Shown piece after piece: positions 56,904 through 64,000 of a DNA stretch of 64,000 nt (positions within the stretch are counted from its first letter, which is position 1; each line of letters begins with the position of its first letter). The notes below the pieces were generated by a model, which had not been told where the DNA came from, ran no database searches, and saw only the letters and a program-made list of their open reading frames with translations. The DNA lies in NCBI GenBank assembly GCA_040767085.1, contig JAXGPF010000003.1, positions 32,001 to 96,000 on the forward strand. Direction: 5' to 3'. The position numbers were made by a program, and so were the translations under genes. The stretch is from Kiritimatiellia bacterium (lineage in GTDB: Bacteria; Verrucomicrobiota; Kiritimatiellia; JAAZAB01).

Positions 56904-59900
56904 TCACTCCTCGAAATCGGTTGCTTGATCACCCTGCTCCAACTGGAAACCGTCCAGCCAGATGGTCCCCCGCTTGTTCAACATCAGCGCAAAATCGCCG
57001 CGGCTTTCCTGGTGCCGGGCAGGAATATTTATTCCCGTTAGAATATACCGCTGCCAGCCAGCGGTCAACTCAAAAGATTGCCCATCGGCCCAAACCCTAT
57101 GCGACGGCGCATGCCGCACCGCGATGGATTCGCCGCCGCGCTCGCCCCTGGCCCAGAAACTAAACGTGTACACCGCCGGCTGGCCGCGCTGCGGCGCGCA
57201 GGTCCAGACCATGTTGATATAGGGCGGATTTTCATCCTTCAATTTTACCATTTTCAGACAATTCCGCCCGAATTTCGCCTGCCCGGAATCGTCCAACTCG
57301 ATTGCCCCGTAATAATAGTCCGGCAAACCCGCCACCGTGTTTTCCTCAAAACTGGGGTTGGGAAACACATTTTTTTTGCCGGCGCGCGCGTTGTGCGGCA
57401 AAGCCGTCTCCTGCGCCGGCAATTTGGCCGGAATCATGGCGGTCAGGCTTAACGATACCGGTTCAGGCAGACGTCCCAACCGGTAAGCGCGCACGGCAAA
57501 CGGCTCCAGGTCTTCTTCAAAAACTCCGTCTGCGACAGGCAAGGATGCATCCGCAAACATCCGGGAGACCGCTCCGGACAACCCGGCAACTTTAAAAATC
57601 GCCCGCACCGGGTAATACCTGCTGCAGGCCGCCAGCAACACCAGGCCGCCATCGGATGGATCGCGGAAGATGCGCCCTTGCACGTCCGGGAACTGTTCCT
57701 TTTCCGGCACAAATGGCGCTTCTTCGCATTTTCCCTCCGGCAACACTCCGCGCCAGTGCTGCACTTGCTGCCGCACGACGGGCTGTACGGCCATTGGGCC
57801 GATAGCCCTGATTTTGGCGATGGAAGCCTTGAGATTTTCCCAGGCCGGCCCCGGCATGGGATAACGGAACCAATACAACCCCTTGGCGCCATGAATAATG
57901 GCCAGAAAGTCCTGGCATTGCTGCTCGGCCCCGGAAATCGGCCGTTTGCGGGTGCCGGACCAGTTAATCCCCGCCACGTTGACAATCCATACCGGCCGGC
58001 GGAATTTTTCCGCGCGTTGGCCGGTCCAGGCGGTGATTTTAGAGACAAAATCCGGGGTATTGCGTCCCGGTGGTCCGGCGGGCGTCCAGTAGGGATCGGT
58101 GGTCAGCACATCGCAATGCCGGACGTATTCATCGCCTTCGGGTATGTGGCTGGAATACAACAGTTTTACCGGGTGATAGCCGTCCGCCTGGCTGGTCAGA
58201 CGATAGATATCCGCCAGCGAGGAAATCATGTCAAACCGCCGCTTGTCATACGGCTCGTCGAATGACGAATAAGCCAGCAGGTTGCCGGCATCCCGGGCGT
58301 TTGCCACCAGTTGTTCGGTAACGGGCAAATTCAGTTTGACGTATTCGCGATACAGCGCCGTCTTGACCGGCGGCGCATGCCGGCTGGCCGGCGGGGTGAC
58401 CAGGTACCCCCGCACGCCCAATTCGCCACCGCGGTTGATGGCCACCAGCCGGCGCATATCCTCATCGCTCAAGGCTTGCCGCAACTCCGGCGGCAATTGC
58501 TCCATGCCGGACTCTTTCGGCGACCGCCAACCGGTTTGCAGCAGCGCAATGAACCACAACCCATGCTGCCGGGCGCGATCCAGGTATTTGCCAATATCGG
58601 TTGGCGTCAAATCCGTATGCCACTGGAAGAACGTGTTGCAGCCGGCGGCGGCTATATCCTTGAACGCCGCATCGTCGCCCGGCAGAATTCCCGCCATGAT
58701 CGGGCCAAACGGGAAGATCGGCCGGCCATCCTTCAGCACCACCCGGTTGATCTGGTCTATCTTGACTTCGCACCCCGGCTTGGGCGCGCGCTTGATCAAT
58801 TCCGCCGACACTGCCGCAAAGGGCGCGCCATCCCGGCGCCGCAAGGCGATCCGCAGTGAATGCGCACCTTCGGCAAACCCGGCCGGTGAAAATTCCACCA
58901 GGGTCTCCGGCGCGGCCGGGGCCACGCCCAGTGTCTTGCCGTCCGCCTCCACGGCTACTTCCAATTCCGCCAGCGCTTCCGCCGGCATCCCGATTTCCGC
59001 GGCCGCCCGGGCCGTGGTTTCGCTCGTATAGTAATTCCGGTCCAGCCAGCCGCGCATGATATTTAATATCGCCGGCCGCTCCAGCAGCATTTCACGCCAG
59101 GCTTCCCCGGTAACCGGATCGCGCACCGACACCGTAATGGATCGTTCCGCCGGCGCCGCCGCCGGCACCGCCAGCGCTACTTTCACCGGCTTGACGCCTT
59201 CCAACACCGCCCGGGCACGCACCGTCGTGCCCGTGCCCGCCAGCGGCCGGTCGGCTGCCGCCACCTCCACCTCGCCGCGTTCGGCATTGCCGCCTTTGAG
59301 CACCGCTTCGATTCCGTAATAAGTATGGCCGCCTTCCGTGTAATACGATTTGACTTCCACCCGCTCCAGCCCTGCCAGGAACGGCACGCGCAGCTTGTCC
59401 GGCGTCAGCGGCGCCAGCGCGCCGAAGGCGTCCGGCTCGTGGAATGACCGCACCACGGGGCGCCAAAGACTGTGTTCCATGTTCTCGTGGCCGATGACAT
59501 TGCAATCGTCAACCACCGGGATGCGCCGGTTGCGCGCGATATTCAGCCGGACATGCTCCAGGTCGCCATGCTCCATGAACAGGTACAGCGGCAGCGCCGC
59601 TTCCGCCGTCCAGCCGTCTGCCGCAACCATGGCCGCGGAACGCCACGGCAGGTTCCATGTTTCCCGATCCCGCACGCCCTTGATGAAACGCTGCTCCGCC
59701 CGGACATTGAAACAACTCAGCATGAAGTGGTAATACGCCGCGCCGGCGGCATCGGATGAAAAGAATAACTCCACGGATTCATCCGCGGACACCGGCCCGT
59801 CATGCGCGCGCGTTCGAGGATCCATGACCAGCTTCTGCACCGGATTCCCGCACCTTATTCCCAGGTACAGCCAGGCATCGTCATACGCCAGCCGGACTTC

Positions 59901-60122
59901 CGTATCCTTTACCCGCCGGCCATCCGCATCCTTGTAAACATGGAAATTTCCCAGCGGCACGGCCTCCCGCCAGCAATCCTCGTCCAGCCGCCCGTCCAGC
60001 GCCGGCGGCTGTGCAACCGGCACGGCGTGAGCCGACGGCGCCACTTCGCCGGCAGTCAGCGCGCCGCCGCAACCAAGCAAGGCCGCCGCCCAGAATGTCA
60101 AAAATCTTTTTGCTTCCATCAT
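56904..60122 (-). CDS. secreted multidomain protein (CBM9-like/TIM barrel/CBM-like), paralogue B
   Basis: Colinear with 43200-46424. GGAG RBS, signal peptide, ends QLEQGDQATDFEE. Confidence 0.72.
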   Translation of the reverse strand: MMEAKRFLTFWAAALLGCGGALTAGEVAPSAHAVPVAQPPALDGRLDEDCWREAVPLGNFHVYKDADGRRVKDTEVRLAYDDAWLYLGIRCGNPVQKLVMDPRTRAHDGPVSADESVELFFSSDAAGAAYYHFMLSCFNVRAEQRFIKGVRDRETWNLPWRSAAMVAADGWTAEAALPLYLFMEHGDLEHVRLNIARNRRIPVVDDCNVIGHENMEHSLWRPVVRSFHEPDAFGALAPLTPDKLRVPFLAGLERVEVKSYYTEGGHTYYGIEAVLKGGNAERGEVEVAAADRPLAGTGTTVRARAVLEGVKPVKVALAVPAAAPAERSITVSVRDPVTGEAWREMLLERPAILNIMRGWLDRNYYTSETTARAAAEIGMPAEALAELEVAVEADGKTLGVAPAAPETLVEFSPAGFAEGAHSLRIALRRRDGAPFAAVSAELIKRAPKPGCEVKIDQINRVVLKDGRPIFPFGPIMAGILPGDDAAFKDIAAAGCNTFFQWHTDLTPTDIGKYLDRARQHGLWFIALLQTGWRSPKESGMEQLPPELRQALSDEDMRRLVAINRGGELGVRGYLVTPPASRHAPPVKTALYREYVKLNLPVTEQLVANARDAGNLLAYSSFDEPYDKRRFDMISSLADIYRLTSQADGYHPVKLLYSSHIPEGDEYVRHCDVLTTDPYWTPAGPPGRNTPDFVSKITAWTGQRAEKFRRPVWIVNVAGINWSGTRKRPISGAEQQCQDFLAIIHGAKGLYWFRYPMPGPAWENLKASIAKIRAIGPMAVQPVVRQQVQHWRGVLPEGKCEEAPFVPEKEQFPDVQGRIFRDPSDGGLVLLAACSRYYPVRAIFKVAGLSGAVSRMFADASLPVADGVFEEDLEPFAVRAYRLGRLPEPVSLSLTAMIPAKLPAQETALPHNARAGKKNVFPNPSFEENTVAGLPDYYYGAIELDDSGQAKFGRNCLKMVKLKDENPPYINMVWTCAPQRGQPAVYTFSFWARGERGGESIAVRHAPSHRVWADGQSFELTAGWQRYILTGINIPARHQESRGDFALMLNKRGTIWLDGFQLEQGDQATDFEE

Positions 60123-60183
60123 GGTCTCCTGTATATGATTTCAAATGCGCCGGCAGCTCCGCCGGCAACAGGCTCTCTGACGT

Positions 60184-61941
60184 CTAGCCCTGGGGCCATG
60201 GCCGGTCCGCGGCGGCATTATAACCCGCCAGGAATTCATCGTCCAGCAGACCCGCCTGGTTGGGATCAGGCACTTTGAAATATACCGCCTCGCCGCCCGG
60301 ATCGGCGAATTCGGTCAAAGTCAGCGCCAACTCAGGCTTGGCGTCGGGATATATACTCCCCGGCTTCCATGCCCGGATGCGGCAGGCCTGGCCGCCGGCA
60401 TGCACGGATGCATCGTCCAGCGGGCCTTCCACCGATTGCGTATCCAGCACCAGGAGCCGCAAATCCATATCCGCCAATTCCGCGTGCCGCGCGCGGTTCA
60501 GGCAAAACAGCATGGGTCCGCGCATGACGGCTACCCGGCCGGCCTGCGCCTGCCGGCCTTTGACCAGCCGGAAAGGCATGGGAAATTCCAGCGCCGCTTC
60601 ATCGCCCGGCCGCCACTCGCGCTCAATCCTGTAAAACTCGCCCGGGCGCGGCGCCGGGTCCACAGGTTGGCCGTTCACGGTTAAGGATGGCGCATTGCAC
60701 CAGAGCGGCATACGCAGCCGCAGGCCAAACCGGGCAGGCTGCGCCGGATTCACGCGCAAGAGCACGCGCCCCGACCGCGGGTACTCGGTAACCTGCTCAA
60801 GCGTCACTGAAACGCCGCCATCCAGGGTGGTCCGGATGGTTGACGGCGCATATAAATTCACCGCCAAGTCGCCATCCGCCATGTAATAGACCAGGCCGGG
60901 CAACTCCGCAATGATGCGGCGGTAATTGTTCGGGCAGCAGAAGGTGTCTTTTTTGAAATAGCGGCGCGGCCCATCGAATGGGGTATAATAACGGATCTGC
61001 CGGCCTGCCGGCGATTGCGCGGCAAACAAAGCGTTATGCGCCGCCCGCTCCATGACATCCCCGTAAAACGCGGATTGTGTCCGCCGCAGCAGCACGTCGA
61101 GCAATTTCAGCATATAAGCCGTGGCGCAGGTTTCACCGAGATTGATTGTGCCATCCTGGGTATCATGCCAGCACTCATGATCTCCGGTCGCGCCGGTAAT
61201 CGCCAGCCCGTCCTGCCGGAACATGAAATCCAGCGCGCGGCGGGTGGCGCGCTCAAGCTGCGCGTCCGGCGCCAGGCGGTTTAACTCCAACTGCGCCAGG
61301 CACCGGTTGAAATAATTGTACACATGGCCTTCGATCCGGCCCCAGCGCCCTGCGACTATCGGGGCATCCCACTCCTGGATTTGCGTGTCTTTCAGGCAGA
61401 AATCCAGATACGCCCGGTCGCGCGTCTGCCGGTACAGCGCCAGCATCGCAGTCTCAACGCCCAGGGTGGTCATCACGTATTGTCTCGGAACGCGTTCCGG
61501 TCCGGCTTGCCATTGCCGGATCAGGCAATCCGCCAGCCGGCGCGCAGCTTCCAGCGAGGCCGGCTCCTTCCACAATTCAAAGTTCGTCACCAGGCCAAAC
61601 ACCAGGTACGCCGTCTCGTGAATATCCCACAGGCTGACAAAACGGGCCTCCGGATCGAACGTTCCGATGTAGCCGTCGGCATCCTGCGATTCCAGGAGTA
61701 CGGATATGATGTGTTGCCGCAACCCCTGCATGGCGGCGTCCGCCTGCCGGCCATATGCCAGCCGCGCCACGGCATCCACGAATTTACCCATGCCGACATA
61801 ACCCGCATTTTTACGTTTTCCTTGAAAGGGCTTAAGAAAATCCCGGTCAGTATCCACCGCCAGGCAATTCGCGGCGGTTATATCCACACGCCGCCCAGGT
61901 TCCCCGCCCACGCTGATATTCCGGATATCCATGGTCTGCAT
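60184..61941 (-). CDS. GH127 glycoside hydrolase (beta-L-arabinofuranosidase-like)
   Basis: QDADGYIG, EGHV, GETCAT, ER...NAL, CCPNN, T.YP.SG.V, RGP..FC motifs. Confidence 0.85.
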   Translation of the reverse strand: MQTMDIRNISVGGEPGRRVDITAANCLAVDTDRDFLKPFQGKRKNAGYVGMGKFVDAVARLAYGRQADAAMQGLRQHIISVLLESQDADGYIGTFDPEARFVSLWDIHETAYLVFGLVTNFELWKEPASLEAARRLADCLIRQWQAGPERVPRQYVMTTLGVETAMLALYRQTRDRAYLDFCLKDTQIQEWDAPIVAGRWGRIEGHVYNYFNRCLAQLELNRLAPDAQLERATRRALDFMFRQDGLAITGATGDHECWHDTQDGTINLGETCATAYMLKLLDVLLRRTQSAFYGDVMERAAHNALFAAQSPAGRQIRYYTPFDGPRRYFKKDTFCCPNNYRRIIAELPGLVYYMADGDLAVNLYAPSTIRTTLDGGVSVTLEQVTEYPRSGRVLLRVNPAQPARFGLRLRMPLWCNAPSLTVNGQPVDPAPRPGEFYRIEREWRPGDEAALEFPMPFRLVKGRQAQAGRVAVMRGPMLFCLNRARHAELADMDLRLLVLDTQSVEGPLDDASVHAGGQACRIRAWKPGSIYPDAKPELALTLTEFADPGGEAVYFKVPDPNQAGLLDDEFLAGYNAAADRPWPQG

Positions 61942-61976
61942 TGTTCTTTAATCCTTAAACAACTGCACTTAAACGA

Positions 61977-64000
61977 TCATTCCTCAAATTCCGTGGCCTG
62001 GCCGCCCTGTTCCAACTGCAATCCGTCCACCCAGACATCGCCGACGGTCTGCAATAATATGCCAAAATCACCCTGGCCGCCCCGGTGCCGCGCCGGGATC
62101 ACGACCCCCGCAACAACATAACGCTGCCAGTCCGCTGTGACAACGATGTTGGTCGCGGCGCCGGAGGGTATATGCCGCGCCCATAATTTCTCGCTGCCTT
62201 TGCCGCCTTTGGCCCAAAACGACCAGGTATAACTTGCCGGCTGCTCATGCTGCGGATCGCAAGGCCAGGTCAGCCAGGCCCAGGGCGGTTCTGCCACCGT
62301 CCGCTTGGTAATCTTGACACAGTTCCGCCCGAACTTCGCCGGCCCGGTATCATCCATGGTCCAATTCTGGCAGTTATAAAAATAATCCGGATTGCCCGGC
62401 ACGGAGATTTGCTCAAAGCTCGGGTTGGGGAATTTGTTTTTCCGGTCCATCCGGGCATTGTCGGGATATGCGGTTTCCGCCGGCGGGATTTTTTCAGGCC
62501 CTGCTGACGTTATAGTCCATGCCACCGGCTCAACCAATCCCGGCCCCAGCCTATAAACCCGCACGGCAAAAGGTTCCAGCGTTTCGCGGAATACACCGCC
62601 ATCCGCCGGCAGCGCCTTGTCCGCGAACACCCGCCGCACCGCGCCGGTGAGTCCGGTCACGGCAAATTCTGCCGTCACGGGATAATACCGGCTGTTGGCC
62701 GCCGCCAGGACTAACTCCCCGGTTTGCAGGTCACGGAATATTTTCGCCTGTACATCCGGGTATATTTCACGCTCGGGAGCGAAGTGCGCCTCCTGCCGAC
62801 TTCCCCCCGCAACTGCCGCGGCGCGGTACTGCGCTACCTGCCGGACCGCCGGCTGCACCGCCATATTCCCGATCACCTTAACCTTGTCAATGGCAGGCTT
62901 CAAACGCGCGGCGGACGGCGCCTGGAGCGTCTGATAACTGAACCAGAACAATCCCCGGGCGCCATGAATCACCGCCAGAAAATTCTGGCAGTCCTGCTCC
63001 GCATCCGTCAAGCCGCGCTTGCGGCAGCCGCTCCAGTACCCGGCCATCGGCACCACCCAAACCGCCTTGCGGAATTCTTCCGCGCGCCGATCATTCCAAT
63101 GCACGATCTTGGAGACAAAGTTAGGGCTATTGCGCCCAGCCGGCCCGGCGGGAATCCAGTACGGATCCGTGCAGAGGATATCGCCGCACGTGACGTATTC
63201 CGATCCGGCCGGGATATGGCTGGAATACAGCACCTTGACCGGATGGTACCCGTCGGTCCGATGCGTCAGCCGGTAAATGGCATCCAGCGACCGGGTCATG
63301 TCAAACCGCCGGCTGTCAAACGGCTCGTCAAAGGTGGAATACGCCAGCAGGTTCTCCGCATCCTTCACGCTGGCTACCGCCTGCTCCGCCAAGGGCAAAT
63401 TCCGATTCACGTATTCCCGGAACAGATCCGTCTTGACCGGCGCAGGATGCCGGCTGGCGGCGCTGCGCATCAAAAACCCGCGCATCCCCAGCGACCCGCC
63501 CCGGCGCAAGTTCAACATCTCTTTCAGTTCCGGCTCGTTCAACACTTTCTCCGGCAGGACCAACCCCGACTCTTTCGGCGGCAGCCAGCCGGTCTCCAGC
63601 AATGACACCACCTGCAACCCGTATTGCCGCGCGCGGGCCAAGTATCTTACCGCATCCCCCGCCGGCAAATCCTTGTGCCACTGGAAAAACGTGTTGCAGC
63701 CGGCATCCGCAATGTCTTTAAACGCCGCCTCGTCGTCCGGCTTGATCCCCGCCATGATCAGCCCGATCGGGAAAAACGGCCGGCCATCCTTCAACACCAC
63801 CCGGTTGACCTGGTCTATCTTCACCTCGCAGCCCGGCTTGGGCGCGCGCTTGATCAACTCCGACTCCACCGCCGCGAACGGCGCGCCATCGTTGCGCCGC
63901 AGCGCAATCCTGACCGGATAACTCCCGACGGCCAATCCGCCCAGGTCGAAGGCCACCGCCGTCTCCGGCGCGGCAGGCGCGGTGGCCAGCGTCTTGCCGT
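61977..64000 (-). CDS. multidomain protein (TIM barrel/CBM-like), paralogue C; 5' part beyond the window
   Basis: Core nearly identical to paralogue A; ends QLEQGGQATEFEE. The frame is open to the window edge. Confidence 0.75.
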   Translation of the reverse strand, partial: GKTLATAPAAPETAVAFDLGGLAVGSYPVRIALRRNDGAPFAAVESELIKRAPKPGCEVKIDQVNRVVLKDGRPFFPIGLIMAGIKPDDEAAFKDIADAGCNTFFQWHKDLPAGDAVRYLARARQYGLQVVSLLETGWLPPKESGLVLPEKVLNEPELKEMLNLRRGGSLGMRGFLMRSAASRHPAPVKTDLFREYVNRNLPLAEQAVASVKDAENLLAYSTFDEPFDSRRFDMTRSLDAIYRLTHRTDGYHPVKVLYSSHIPAGSEYVTCGDILCTDPYWIPAGPAGRNSPNFVSKIVHWNDRRAEEFRKAVWVVPMAGYWSGCRKRGLTDAEQDCQNFLAVIHGARGLFWFSYQTLQAPSAARLKPAIDKVKVIGNMAVQPAVRQVAQYRAAAVAGGSRQEAHFAPEREIYPDVQAKIFRDLQTGELVLAAANSRYYPVTAEFAVTGLTGAVRRVFADKALPADGGVFRETLEPFAVRVYRLGPGLVEPVAWTITSAGPEKIPPAETAYPDNARMDRKNKFPNPSFEQISVPGNPDYFYNCQNWTMDDTGPAKFGRNCVKITKRTVAEPPWAWLTWPCDPQHEQPASYTWSFWAKGGKGSEKLWARHIPSGAATNIVVTADWQRYVVAGVVIPARHRGGQGDFGILLQTVGDVWVDGLQLEQGGQATEFEE

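Overview
High-GC window, probably from a PVC-superphylum bacterium such as Kiritimatiellota/Lentisphaerota (inferred from gene content and repeat style, not proven). The left end holds housekeeping leuB-asd and a divergent GT2 plus multi-pass membrane protein pair. The remaining ~58 kb is almost all minus-strand glycan and amide catabolism: two GH106-like, GH95-like, GH2, GH127, a GH20-N-domain protein, a heparinase II/III-like TPR/HEAT fusion, a BNR sialidase-like protein, an AGE epimerase, M14/M19 peptidases, a nitrilase-family hydrolase, two Gfo/Idh/MocA oxidoreductases and an AraC regulator. I recognised no transporter gene. The cluster is built from a recurring cassette of uncharacterised paralogues: [CBM9-like/TIM/CBM-like protein] - [secreted beta-helix protein with a conserved C-terminal tail] - [gene X] ... 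[gene Y]. There are three apparently identical 1534-bp ISL3 copies with 8-bp target duplications. One sits at the predicted araC transcription start, one is nested inside that copy, and one disrupts a beta-helix gene. The window also has many small palindromic and short-period repeats. These include a composite intergenic element present twice and repeats inserted in frame inside genes. No rRNA, tRNA or CRISPR array was recognised.
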